Below are positions 8,529 to 18,052 of a stretch of DNA of 43,493 nucleotides, in pieces. Under the pieces are notes generated by a model. The model was not told where the DNA came from. It made no database searches and saw only the letters and a list, made by a program, of their open reading frames with translations. A program made the position numbers and the translations under genes. Every line of letters begins with the position of its first letter. The first letter of the stretch is position 1. The stretch comes from Myxococcota bacterium (GTDB lineage Bacteria > Myxococcota_A > UBA9042): the NCBI GenBank assembly GCA_049317445.1, contig JBMOIG010000023.1, positions 1 to 43,493 on the forward strand, given 5' to 3'.

Positions 8529-9691
8529 CGCGTCGCCTCGCTGTGTTGCAGGCGGGCGATGGCTTGGCGGGCGACGGCAGTCTCGCCGGGCTCGATGGGT
8601 GTCAGCGTCGCGATGTCGGCAAAGCAGCGGTCCCGCGCGGCGGGGTCGGGCTCCTCAGAGCAGATGCGGCGGTCGTTGGCGACTTCCTCGCGGCGACGCG
8701 CTTCAACGACGCTGACGACCTCTCGATAGGTGCCCAGCGCGTCGTCAGGGTGGCCTCGCTCCTCCTGAATCTCTGCCAGCGTGACCAGCAGAGCCGGCAG
8801 CTCCGTGGCGTGCATCATCATCTTCGGCAGCTCGCGCATGTGCCGTTCGGCCCGTTCCAGATCCTTGAGTTCATAGCGATAGAGATCAACCAGCCGCCGC
8901 GTGGCGTCCAGATGCGCCGTCGTCGTGTAGGTGCCGAAGACCAAACTGGTTTCCCAGGTTGCTACCACCTGTTCCAACGTCCGGGCCTCGTCGCGGGGCC
9001 TCGCCAGCGCCCGCTGCAGCCGCGCCTGCAACATCCGGGCGTCCAGGGCTGTCGGGTCCTGTCCGTGGCGGTCCTGCAGGCGTTGCAGCAACACCAGGGC
9101 TGTCTCGCGGGCCCTTGGCGGGTCGGTCTCGGCCATCAGCTCGGCGGCGCGCAGCAGCAGGTTGTCGGCCAGATCGGAGTCAGGGGCGGCCACCTCCAAC
9201 TCCCTGAAATGCTGAATCATGGCGTCGCGTTGAACTGGCCCGCGTCGGGCGTAGCGAACCAGAACGTCCACCGCTCTGGCCGAGGCGGCTTCCTCCGGGG
9301 CGCGTGTGACCAGCGCGTCCAGCATCCGCAGGGCGTCGGGCGCACGGTCGAGCTCGTCCAGCCGCAGCTCAGCCGCGTGCAGCAGAGCTCGCGCTCGCGT
9401 GGCTCGCGTGTCAGCGTCAATGGCCAGTGCGTCGTAGCAGACGGCGGCTTGCAGAAACTGCCTGTCCCGCGACGGGGTCTCGCAGGCCAACAGCGCCGCG
9501 TCGTCGGCGTCGCGTGGGTCGGTGGCGGTGTGACGCAATTCCGCATAGCGGGCGGCGGCTTCGGTGTGCCCGCCGTCCAAGTACAGGTGCTCGGTGGCGT
9601 AAAACTCAGCTTCCCAGCGCACCAGCTGCGGGCTTTGGGCGCAGGCGGCAAGCAGCAAGGGCAGGGCGTGAAGGAGGGGACGGCAGCGCAT
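8525..9691 (-). CDS. TPR-like helical repeat lipoprotein (hypothetical), in operon with MlaF/MlaE-like genes
   Basis: Signal peptide with a lipobox (LLLAACAQS). The protein is all-alpha and Ala/Leu/Arg-rich with TPR-like periodicity. It starts 12 nt after the stop of the giant Cys-rich gene and overlaps mlaF by 4 nt. Confidence 0.6.
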   Translation of the reverse strand: MRCRPLLHALPLLLAACAQSPQLVRWEAEFYATEHLYLDGGHTEAAARYAELRHTATDPRDADDAALLACETPSRDRQFLQAAVCYDALAIDADTRATRARALLHAAELRLDELDRAPDALRMLDALVTRAPEEAASARAVDVLVRYARRGPVQRDAMIQHFRELEVAAPDSDLADNLLLRAAELMAETDPPRARETALVLLQRLQDRHGQDPTALDARMLQARLQRALARPRDEARTLEQVVATWETSLVFGTYTTTAHLDATRRLVDLYRYELKDLERAERHMRELPKMMMHATELPALLVTLAEIQEERGHPDDALGTYREVVSVVEARRREEVANDRRICSEEPDPAARDRCFADIATLTPIEPGETAVARQAIARLQHSEATR

Positions 9692-9703
9692 CGCGCGCGC
9701 AGG

Positions 9704-12700
9704 CTAATACCCAAGCGTCAGGTTGTCGATCTGCCACGTCGGCGTGCCGATCATCGCGGTCGAGGTCAGCTGGAACCCGAGCTGGATCGCCCCCTTGCCG
9801 CCGAGCGGCACCTTGATCGCGACGTTCTGCGTGCCGGTGGTGACGTTGAGCAACTGGACCTCGCTCCAAGTCGAACCGCCGTCGCTGGACAGCCGCACCG
9901 AGAGCGTCGAGTTGCTGGGCAGCGGGAAGGGCGCTCCATTGTTCGCATAGGTCAACGCAAACTTCAGCGTGGCGGCCTGATCGGCGCCGGTCTCGATGAT
10001 CGGGCTGGTCAGGAAGGCGCTGACCGACACGAAATTCGGGAGCTGGGCCGATGCACTCAACTGGGCGAGCTTGTTGCTCTTGTTGTTTTGGATCAGCTGC
10101 CAGTTGGCTGGGCTGAAGCCGGGCAGTGCTTGCGCCGACCAGCCGCCCTCCGCAAAGGTCTTCAGGTACTGGTCGAAGAGCTCGGTCCACGGCAGCTTGC
10201 TCGCGTCGCAGGCGTCTCCCGTGCCGTTGCCGTTCGAGTCCTTCTGGTCCGGGTTGACGACCAACGGGCAGTTGTCCGACTTGTCGGCGATCCCGTCGTT
10301 GTCGTCGTCCAGGTCGCACGCGTCGCCCTGCTTGTCGCCGTCCGTGTCCAGTTGGTCCGGGTTGACCGTGTTGACGCAGTTGTCCACGTTGTCGCACTTG
10401 GTATCGCCGTCCTGATCCGGGCAGCACTCGGGCGAGGTCGACGGCTGGTGGAAGCAAGTGCCCGATGCGCAATAGTCGACGGTGCACTTGTCGTTGTCGG
10501 CGCACTGGAAGTCTGACTTGCACGGAGCAGGGACGCACACGCCGTTCGCGCTGCATACGCTGGCGGCGTCGCACTGGCACTGGCCGCCGCAACCGTCGGA
10601 ACCGCAAGTGTTGGGCGCGCACTGGGGAACGCAGGTTCCGCCGCAGCCGCCGCACAGTTTGGTCTGGCACAAGTCGACGCAAGGGGCATCCCAGCCGGCC
10701 TGGCAGCAGAACGGATCCTGTTCACAGACGCAGGCTTCACAGCCGCAGCCGCCGCAGCCGGGGTTGGGCGTGATGGTGCAGCCGTCGTTGGGCGGGCACT
10801 CGCCGCAGTCCATGTTGCAGTTGGTGCAGGTCTCGCCTTGGGAGTCCGCGCAGATGCCGTCGCCGCAAACGGGGCCGCAGGTGCCGCAGTCCTTCGAGCA
10901 GTTCTTGCAGGTCTCGCTGAGGTTGGGGTCATAGCTGGACGCTTCGCACTGGCCGTCGCCGCACACGGGGAAGCACGGACCGCAATCGGTCGCGCAGTCC
11001 TTGCAGTTTTCACCGGCCTCGCACTTGCCGTTGCCGCAGGTCGGCGGGCAAAACATGACCCCAGCGCAGTCGATCTTGCAGTTGGCGCAGTCCTCGCCGT
11101 GGGGTGAGTCGCAGGTGCCGTCACCGCACACCGGCGGGCAGACGCCGCAGTCCTTGTTGCAGGTCTTGCAGTCTTCCTTGGCCTCGCAATTGCCGTTGCC
11201 GCACACGGGCGGACAAACGCCGCAGTCGTTGGCGCAGGTGGCGCAACTCTCTCCCAAGGCAGCGTCGCAGGCGCCGTCACCGCACACCGGCTGGCACGCA
11301 CCGCAGTCCTGGGCGCAGCTGGAACAGCTCTCACCCGCGTCGCACTGGCCGTCGCCGCACGCGGTTGGGCAGTTGCCGCCGCACTGGTTCTTGCACTCGC
11401 CGACACAGATGTCGTCCCACGCCGTCGAGCAGCAGTAGTTGTCCGCCGAGCAGACGCACTGCTCGCAGGAACACCCGTCACAGCCCTGCTTGCCCGTCGC
11501 CTGGCACCCGGTCGCACACGCACCGCAGTCATTTTGGCAGGTCTTGCAGGTCTCACCCTTGGGCGTCTCGCAGATGCCGTCGCCGCACACGGGCTTGCAG
11601 ATTCCGCAATCCTGGGAGCAGGTCAAACAGGTTTCTTTGCCCGCGGAGCAGACGCCGTCGCCGCACGCCGGCGGGCACTTGCCGCAGTCCTTCGCGCAGG
11701 TCGAGCAGCTCTCCTTGCCCGCAGTGCAAACGCCGTCGCCACAGGTGGTCGGGCAGCTTCCGCAGTCCTTCGGACACGTCGAGCAGCTCTCCTTGCCCGC
11801 GGTGCAAACGCCGTCGCCGCAGGTGGTCGGGCAAATGCCGCAGTCAGGCTGGCAGGTTGAGCACGTCTCGCCCTTGGCCGGCTCGCACACCTTGTCGCCG
11901 CACTTGGGCGGGCAGCTGCCGCAGTCGATCGAGCAGCTCGAGCAGTTCTCCAGCCCAGCCACGCAGATGCCGTCGCCGCAGGTGGGCTGACAGGGACCGC
12001 AGTCCATCGGACAGGTCGAACAACTCTCCGCGTTCGCCGTGCACACGCCGTCGCCGCACACGGTGGGACAGATCCCGCAGTCCATGGGGCAGGTTGCGCA
12101 GCTTTCCTTGCCGGCCGTGCAGACGCCGTCGCCGCACTTGACGGGTTGCTGGCACCACTGCTGGTAGTCGGGGCAGCAGTCGCCGTATTGGGTGCAGACG
12201 TCGTCGCAGTAGCAGTTCTGGTCCGACCCTCCGCACTTGCCTTTGCAGGATCCGGCAGGGCAGGAACCGCAGTCATTGGGACAGGTTCCGCAGGACTCGC
12301 CGTCGCTGCATTGGCCGTCGCCGCAAATGGGCGGGCAGACGCCGCAGTCCAGCGCGCACGAGCTGCAGGTCTCGCCGAAGCCGATTTCGCACTGCTTGTT
12401 GCCGCAGAAGTTGGGGCACTGGCCGCAGTCGACCGAGCAGGTCAGGCACGTTTCGCCAGCGAACACGTCGCACGTGCCGTTACCGCAATTCGGCGGGCAC
12501 TTTCCGCAGTCGGCGGGACAGGTTGTGCACTGCTCACCAAGTGCGGCCTCGCACACGCCGTTGCCACACGCGGGGGGACATGGGCCGCAGTCGGTCCCGC
12601 AGGTCTGGCAGTTCTCGGCTTTCGACAGCTCGCAGATGCCGTTGCCGCAGTCGGACGGGCAGGTGCCGCAGTCCTTCTTGCAATTCGAGCAGTTCTCTCC

Positions 12701-13774
12701 TGCGGAGGCCAGACAGACCCCGTCGCCGCAGTACGGCTTGGGACACGTGCCGCAGTCGTTGACGCAGGTGTTGCACGTCTCGCCCAGCGCGGGCTCGCAG
12801 GTTCCGTTGCCGCACGACGGGCACTTGCCGCAATCCATCGGACATACAGTGCAATTCTCCGCCGAGCTGGGTTCGCACACGCCGTCGCCGCACTTCTGGC
12901 AGGCGCCGCAATCCTTGGCACAGCTCAGGCACGTTTCCTTCTTGCCGGGCTCGCACTTCATGTCGCCGCAAATGGCGGAGCATTCGCCGCAGTCGCCGGG
13001 GCAATACGTACAGTTCTCACCGGCTTGGGGCTGACAGGTGCCGTCGCCGCACGCCTGGCACGCGCCGCAGTCTTCCTTGCAGGTCGTGCAGTCTTCACCT
13101 GTCGAGGCAGAACACACGCCGTCGCCGCAGGTCTTGCACGCACCGCAGTCGGCAGCGCAGGTGCCACAGGTCTCGCCCGCAGCGGGGTCGCAGACGCCAT
13201 CGCCACAGACCGACGGGCACGCGCCGCAGTCGTCGGCGCAGGTGCCGCAGCTCTCGCCCGCTTGGGGCGCGCACTTGCCGTCGCCGCAGGCGGACTGACA
13301 CGGCGCGCCGCACTTGCCGCACAGTTCTGCGCATACCGCATCCCACGCCGACGAACAGCACGACGGGTCGACGTTGCACACGCAGTCCTGACAGCTGCAG
13401 CCCTGGCAACCGGCTTGGCCGGTGGGCTGGCAACCCTTGGTGTCGCCGCACGCCCCGCAGTCTTGCGGGCAGTCCGTACACGACTCGGTGGTCTCGCACT
13501 TGCCGTTGCCGCACGGCGCGGGGCAGGCGCCGCAGTCCGTCGCGCACGAGCCGCAGTCCTCGTTGGCCATGCACACACCGTCGCCGCAGTACGGCGGAGG
13601 GATGTCGGGGTCGACGATGTCGGTGGTGTCGAGATGCACGTCTTGGGCGTCCGACGCGGTGTCGCCGGGGTTACCGTACTCGGGACCCTGCAAGGTGGCG
13701 TCGTCGCCGCAAGCCGAGGCAAGGGCGGCAACGGCAAGCAAGGCGAGTCCGAGTCGAAGGCGCAAGGTAGACAT
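9704..13774 (-). CDS. Giant secreted cysteine-rich repeat protein (~33 six-Cys CGDGxC...GExCxTCxxDCGxCP repeats), C-terminal thrombospondin type-3 Ca-binding repeats and a ~190-aa C-terminal domain
   Basis: ATG 13774 with a GGGAGGA RBS. N-terminus [22 protein letters not shown] (lipoprotein-type signal). The 25-28-aa repeat occurs ~33 times. Three or four ~45-aa modules with GCxGCSCxxCVCxxDxxCCxxAWDxxC are interspersed. TSP3-like repeats: [60 protein letters not shown]. Resembles the Cys-rich repeat proteins of myxobacteria. Confidence 0.85.
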   Translation of the reverse strand: MSTLRLRLGLALLAVAALASACGDDATLQGPEYGNPGDTASDAQDVHLDTTDIVDPDIPPPYCGDGVCMANEDCGSCATDCGACPAPCGNGKCETTESCTDCPQDCGACGDTKGCQPTGQAGCQGCSCQDCVCNVDPSCCSSAWDAVCAELCGKCGAPCQSACGDGKCAPQAGESCGTCADDCGACPSVCGDGVCDPAAGETCGTCAADCGACKTCGDGVCSASTGEDCTTCKEDCGACQACGDGTCQPQAGENCTYCPGDCGECSAICGDMKCEPGKKETCLSCAKDCGACQKCGDGVCEPSSAENCTVCPMDCGKCPSCGNGTCEPALGETCNTCVNDCGTCPKPYCGDGVCLASAGENCSNCKKDCGTCPSDCGNGICELSKAENCQTCGTDCGPCPPACGNGVCEAALGEQCTTCPADCGKCPPNCGNGTCDVFAGETCLTCSVDCGQCPNFCGNKQCEIGFGETCSSCALDCGVCPPICGDGQCSDGESCGTCPNDCGSCPAGSCKGKCGGSDQNCYCDDVCTQYGDCCPDYQQWCQQPVKCGDGVCTAGKESCATCPMDCGICPTVCGDGVCTANAESCSTCPMDCGPCQPTCGDGICVAGLENCSSCSIDCGSCPPKCGDKVCEPAKGETCSTCQPDCGICPTTCGDGVCTAGKESCSTCPKDCGSCPTTCGDGVCTAGKESCSTCAKDCGKCPPACGDGVCSAGKETCLTCSQDCGICKPVCGDGICETPKGETCKTCQNDCGACATGCQATGKQGCDGCSCEQCVCSADNYCCSTAWDDICVGECKNQCGGNCPTACGDGQCDAGESCSSCAQDCGACQPVCGDGACDAALGESCATCANDCGVCPPVCGNGNCEAKEDCKTCNKDCGVCPPVCGDGTCDSPHGEDCANCKIDCAGVMFCPPTCGNGKCEAGENCKDCATDCGPCFPVCGDGQCEASSYDPNLSETCKNCSKDCGTCGPVCGDGICADSQGETCTNCNMDCGECPPNDGCTITPNPGCGGCGCEACVCEQDPFCCQAGWDAPCVDLCQTKLCGGCGGTCVPQCAPNTCGSDGCGGQCQCDAASVCSANGVCVPAPCKSDFQCADNDKCTVDYCASGTCFHQPSTSPECCPDQDGDTKCDNVDNCVNTVNPDQLDTDGDKQGDACDLDDDNDGIADKSDNCPLVVNPDQKDSNGNGTGDACDASKLPWTELFDQYLKTFAEGGWSAQALPGFSPANWQLIQNNKSNKLAQLSASAQLPNFVSVSAFLTSPIIETGADQAATLKFALTYANNGAPFPLPSNSTLSVRLSSDGGSTWSEVQLLNVTTGTQNVAIKVPLGGKGAIQLGFQLTSTAMIGTPTWQIDNLTLGY
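10787..13588 (-). repeat. Tandem array of ~78-84-nt coding repeats (~33 copies) inside the Cys-rich gene; some adjacent copies are near-identical at DNA level (e.g. ~11666-11821 and ~11981-12136)
   Basis: Direct reading: adjacent segments such as ...gtcgagcagctctccttgcccgcagtgcaaacgccgtcgccacaggtggtcgggca... recur with 1-3 substitutions. The protein-level periodicity is [26 protein letters not shown] / [26 protein letters not shown]. Confidence 0.8.
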
Positions 13775-13968
13775 GGCATCCTCCCGTTCGCCTCTGCGGG
13801 GGCGGGCGTCGGGTTGAGGGGCGGCGCGGTCAGGCGGCCGCCATCGAATCAAGCGACGGTTCGAAGGCTTGCGTGTACGCAAAAAACAGCCTCGCACCGG
13901 GCGACCAATAGGTTACCAGATGCAGACCGGGCTGCGCCACACGCGATTGCGGGGGAGAGGCAGAGAGA

Positions 13969-16026
13969 CTACAGACCGACGTCGGCGGCGTAGTTGACCT
14001 CGATCTCATCGGTCGGCTCAGGTACGGCCGAGAAGAAGATCGCCTCTGCATACTGCTTGCAGAGCTTTTCGTTGCACACCAGTCCGGCCGCGCAGTCACG
14101 CGTCGACTTGCAGGCCTGCGACTCGCCGGGCAGGGTTCCGCTGTCGCTGGTGCGGCAGTCGGGGGCGGCCTTGAGGTAGAAGCTGTCGGGTTTGGTCGAC
14201 TCCGCGTGCTGGACGTACTCCATCTGCTTGGTCTTTCCGCCGCGCTTGCGCACGACCTTGACCAGCGGCTTGCCGTCTTCCCAGTTGGGCGGGTGCGGCA
14301 GGCAGACCTTGATCACGCGGCCGAGGATCAGGTTGGCGACCTCTGTCAGCGCGGGGCCAAAGTCTTCTCCCTCGCAGATGTTGTAGAAGATGCCGTTCTC
14401 GCCGAAGGCCTTGGTCAGCGCGATGTACCGCGAGCCGTAGCCCGACTCGCCGCGCGCGCCTTGGCACACATACGGCACCTGCTTGGGGGCGGTGTTCTTC
14501 AGCACCGACCGGTAGTACTGCGATACGTCGATGCGCCGCTGGAAAGCGGTCGCCAAGGCGCTGGCCCCAGAGGCGTACAACGTGTCCCCGGTGATGGCCG
14601 CCACCATGACGCGGCTGGGGTCCGACTTCAGGGATCGGAATCGATTGACGAAATCATTGACCGTCGCGAAGCGGGTGTCGAACTTGATGCTCTCGAGGAT
14701 GCCCTTGTCGGCGGACGCAACGCACTTGGTGTAGTCGTCGGAGCCGACCTTGAACTTCACGCAGTCGGACAGGCACACCAGACTTGGGTTCGACACCTTG
14801 CGGATCTCGCAGCTGCCCTCGTTCAGGCCCTTGTTGCCGGCCACCGCATCGCCCAGCGACTGGCAGCGGTCCTGGACCTCAGAGGGCAGGATGCCCGCCT
14901 TGCCGGTCTTGGGATCGCCCACGATGACCTTCTTCTCCTCGGCGTTCAGGTTCGACAGCGAGATGTCCAGATTGACCGAGCAGTCGTCGTCGTCGCTGAC
15001 GAACACGATGACCAAGTAAGCGTCGTCGCGCACCAATTGCTTGTACTGGCACTTGGTCGGGTCGATCTTGCCCGTCTTGTCCTTGGTGCAGTTGATGCCG
15101 TTCGGGTCGAGCGCGTACCAGGCGGAGCGGAAGCCGCCCTCGAACTTCGACTCAGTGCTGGTGCCGGCGCCCACCGTGGCGATGCACTTGAACAGGTCCA
15201 GCGTGGGCTTGTTGGTCGGGTTGCCCTTGGCGTCCAGCGGGTGGGACTTCAGCACCGGCGGCAGCTTGTCCGACGTCGGGCAGGTCTTGGTGTCGGGCGG
15301 GAACATGCAGCCGGCGTTCTCAGGTGTGGTGCCGCCGGGGATGTAGCAGACCGACCGGCGCTCGCTGAGGGGCACGTTGGATTCGTACAGCTCCTGGCAT
15401 TCCTTGTCGCTGGTGCAGCGCTTCTCGCAGTAGGAGTTGATCGAGCAGTTCAGGTTGGTCAACAGCTGGTCCGTGCCCGGCTTGTCGCACTTCCACTTCG
15501 TGTTGCCGCCCACGGGATTCTCGTAGGTGCCGGTGCCGCCAACCGGGCACATGGACGACGGACCGACCGACGTGAACTGGTACTCGACCACGGCTTTGGT
15601 GCACTGCAGGTCGGTCAAGCAGGGCAGGCGGACCCGCTCCATGCAGTTGGGCGGAAATGCGGTTGCGGCGGAGTGCATGAACTGGCCGACCTGCTTGACC
15701 TGATTGGTCTCGACGGTCGTGCCACCCAAGTCGGAGATCTGCTGCACCGTAACGACAGCCATCTGTGCGTCGATCGTGCCCAGCGCCTGCAGGTTCTTGA
15801 TGAACTTGTCGAAACCCTTGGCGAGCTCGCGCTGCTCCTGACACATCGACGACGAGTGGTCGATCACCCAAAGGAAGTCGAGCTTCACCGCCTCCTTGTG
15901 TGACAGCTTGCTGGTGACCCGCACCTCGAAATTGTCGAGCAGGCTGTGAACGGGATAGGTGTTGCAGGTCGCGAGCAGGGGAAGCAGCACCAGGCTGACC
16001 ACAAGCAGGCGGGCGGGCTGGATCAT
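13969..16026 (-). CDS. Secreted VWA-domain lipoprotein with large Cys-rich insertions (hypothetical)
   Basis: ATG 16026 with GGAG upstream. Signal plus lipobox MIQPARLLVVSLVLLPLLATC. A MIDAS-like DxSxS (DFLWVIDHSSSM) and a later VWA-like strand (AYLVIVFVSDDDDCS). ~35 Cys. Unusually Lys-rich for this genome. Directly upstream of, and co-oriented with, the giant Cys-rich gene. Confidence 0.7.
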   Translation of the reverse strand: MIQPARLLVVSLVLLPLLATCNTYPVHSLLDNFEVRVTSKLSHKEAVKLDFLWVIDHSSSMCQEQRELAKGFDKFIKNLQALGTIDAQMAVVTVQQISDLGGTTVETNQVKQVGQFMHSAATAFPPNCMERVRLPCLTDLQCTKAVVEYQFTSVGPSSMCPVGGTGTYENPVGGNTKWKCDKPGTDQLLTNLNCSINSYCEKRCTSDKECQELYESNVPLSERRSVCYIPGGTTPENAGCMFPPDTKTCPTSDKLPPVLKSHPLDAKGNPTNKPTLDLFKCIATVGAGTSTESKFEGGFRSAWYALDPNGINCTKDKTGKIDPTKCQYKQLVRDDAYLVIVFVSDDDDCSVNLDISLSNLNAEEKKVIVGDPKTGKAGILPSEVQDRCQSLGDAVAGNKGLNEGSCEIRKVSNPSLVCLSDCVKFKVGSDDYTKCVASADKGILESIKFDTRFATVNDFVNRFRSLKSDPSRVMVAAITGDTLYASGASALATAFQRRIDVSQYYRSVLKNTAPKQVPYVCQGARGESGYGSRYIALTKAFGENGIFYNICEGEDFGPALTEVANLILGRVIKVCLPHPPNWEDGKPLVKVVRKRGGKTKQMEYVQHAESTKPDSFYLKAAPDCRTSDSGTLPGESQACKSTRDCAAGLVCNEKLCKQYAEAIFFSAVPEPTDEIEVNYAADVGL

Positions 16027-16141
16027 GGACGGGGCTCCGGCGCGAAACGGGGGCAAAACGCCCAGCCGGACGATAGCATCGCGCCTCGTTTCGCGCCAGA
16101 CGGGATGACGAACCGTTGCAGGTTCGCCTACGTGGCCGCGG

Positions 16142-18052
16142 TTACCTTCTCGCCAGTAACTCGCGGACCTCGGGACCGAAGGCTTGGGCCAGCGCCGCGT
16201 TCACCTGCTCGTGCCGCGCACCGCCGTGGCCCACCAGCCGTCCCTCAGCCAGCACCCAGACCTCGTCAGCATGGGCCAGCGCCAGCCGAAGGTCGTGGAT
16301 CGCCAGCACCACCAGCGCTCCGTCGCGGTGCGCGAGATCGCCCAACTGACGCAGCAGGCGGTCGGCCTGTGGCAGGTCCAGCGAGGCGGTCGGCTCGTCC
16401 AGCAGCAGCACCGGAGCCTCCTGCGCCAGCACCATGGATAGGAAGGCGCGCTGCCGTTGCCCGCCGGACAATGTCTCGACGGGGGCGTGGCGCAGTTCCG
16501 TCAGCTCCATGCGTTGCAGCGCGCCGTCGACGGCCTTGCGGTCGCGCGCAGCCAGACGTCCCCACAGCCGCAGTGCCAGATTGCCTTGCAGGTGGGCTGT
16601 GCGGCCCAGAGCGACCAGATCTTTCGTACGAATGCCGGGTTCCGTGGTGGCCTGCTGAGGCAGGAACGCGATGCGCCGCGCGTCGGGGCGGCCAAGGCGA
16701 ACGCGGTCGTCGTCGCAGATCGCGCCCGAGGACGGCGGCATCAGGCCTGCCAGTGCGCGCAGCAGCGTCGTTTTTCCCGCGCCGTTGGGGCCGACGACGG
16801 CGACCAGTCGACCGAGGGGCCAGGACAGATCCATAGAAGAGACAGCGGGTTGCGGGGTGTCCGGGTGTTGCAGCGTCAGTGCGCGGCAAGACAGCGCCGG
16901 TCTCAGCGAGGGGGCGGCGGCGAGGTCCATGGCAGGTTCGGCGGCAGAGGCGGCAACGACGGGCGCGCAAGGGGCGTTCACGGCTCGCTTGTGCCGCCGC
17001 TTCGGGCCCAAGCCAAGCAGCGCAACCAGCACCGGAGCACCCGCAAGGGCCGTCAGGATGCCCACCGGCAGCTCGGCGGGCGAAACGACCACGCGCGCCA
17101 GGGCGTCCATCCACGCCAGAAACGCACCGCCCGCCAGCACCGCGGCAGGCACAAGGGCGCGGTGGTCGCGACCCAGAACTGCCCGCAGCCCATGGGGAAC
17201 CAGCAGCCCCACGAAACCGATGATGCCCGCCAGCGACACGGCGACCGCGGCCAGCGCGCTGGACCACCACACGGCGCTGCGGCCCAACCGTCGCTCGTCC
17301 ACACCCACGCCCTGCGCCGCATCGGCACCCAAGGCCAGCGCGTTGAGCCGCGGCGCCTGTGCCACGGCGAATCCGGTCGCGAGGACCAACACGACCGCGC
17401 CCGGCACCAGCGCCCACAGCGACGGCACCGAGACGCCGCCCATCAACCAGGAGGTGGCCGCACGCAACCGCACGTCGCTCAAGCGGTACAGCGCAAACGA
17501 GGTCGCCGCGCCGCCGAATGCGGTCAGCACAAGGCCCGCCAACAGCACCCGCTCTGGCCGCAGCGGACCGCCCGCGCGGGCGATGGCGAACGTCAGCGAC
17601 ACGGCCAGCAGCGCGCCGACCAGCGCGGCGGCCGGCTGCAGAAATGGCAGGATCTGCTGCGGATCCGCGCCGACCCATGCGCCCACCGTCAGGCCCAGCG
17701 GCGCCGCCAGCACGGCTGCCAGCGTCGCGCCCGAGCTCGTGCCGACCAGATAGGGATCCGCAATCGGGTTGCGCGTGGCGGCCTGCAGCAGCACGCCGGA
17801 CAGCGAAAGGGTCGAGCCCACCAGAAACGACCCCAGCACCCTCGGCCAGCGCACATCCCACAGGATCGCCCGCGCCAAGGTCGCCGTCGGACTGTCCGGG
17901 CCAAGGGCGTCGGCTGCCAGCTGCAGCGGTCCCTGCGCCGAGGGCCCGACCGCAAGCGCGCCCAAGATCGAGAACAGAGCGAGCGCAAGTCCGCCCGTCC
18001 ACGCGAGCATCAGCGCGGTGCGGGTCGTCAGGCGTGGCGCGTGCAGGGTCAC
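16142..18052 (-). CDS. Fused FecCD/BtuC-type permease and BtuD/FepC-type ATPase (single in-frame ORF) of a cobalamin/iron-complex ABC importer
   Basis: The N-terminal ~340 aa are a FecCD permease (LAWTGGLALALFSILGALAVGPS..., ...GILTALAGAPVLVALLG). These continue without a stop into an ABC ATPase (VVGPNGAGKTTLLRALAGL, LSGGQRQRAFLSMVLA, LLLDEPTASLD, AIHDL). The GTG start at 18052 overlaps the btuF-like stop (GTGA) and GGAGG lies upstream. Confidence 0.7.
   Translation of the reverse strand: MTLHAPRLTTRTALMLAWTGGLALALFSILGALAVGPSAQGPLQLAADALGPDSPTATLARAILWDVRWPRVLGSFLVGSTLSLSGVLLQAATRNPIADPYLVGTSSGATLAAVLAAPLGLTVGAWVGADPQQILPFLQPAAALVGALLAVSLTFAIARAGGPLRPERVLLAGLVLTAFGGAATSFALYRLSDVRLRAATSWLMGGVSVPSLWALVPGAVVLVLATGFAVAQAPRLNALALGADAAQGVGVDERRLGRSAVWWSSALAAVAVSLAGIIGFVGLLVPHGLRAVLGRDHRALVPAAVLAGGAFLAWMDALARVVVSPAELPVGILTALAGAPVLVALLGLGPKRRHKRAVNAPCAPVVAASAAEPAMDLAAAPSLRPALSCRALTLQHPDTPQPAVSSMDLSWPLGRLVAVVGPNGAGKTTLLRALAGLMPPSSGAICDDDRVRLGRPDARRIAFLPQQATTEPGIRTKDLVALGRTAHLQGNLALRLWGRLAARDRKAVDGALQRMELTELRHAPVETLSGGQRQRAFLSMVLAQEAPVLLLDEPTASLDLPQADRLLRQLGDLAHRDGALVVLAIHDLRLALAHADEVWVLAEGRLVGHGGARHEQVNAALAQAFGPEVRELLARR

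Noticed and set aside
8543-10516. 657-aa + strand ORF
   Set aside because: Antisense to the TPR lipoprotein and the Cys-rich gene. Arg/Gly/Val-rich low-complexity translation typical of out-of-frame high-GC sequence.
13775-13968. Possible intrinsic terminator (T6 run on the minus strand near 13879-13884) between the VWA and Cys-rich genes
   Set aside because: The preceding stem is weak or imperfect and I could not fold a convincing GC hairpin by eye. Left as unsupported.
14206-15903. 565-aa + ORF
   Set aside because: Antisense to the VWA lipoprotein gene. Low-complexity Leu/Val/Arg-rich translation.
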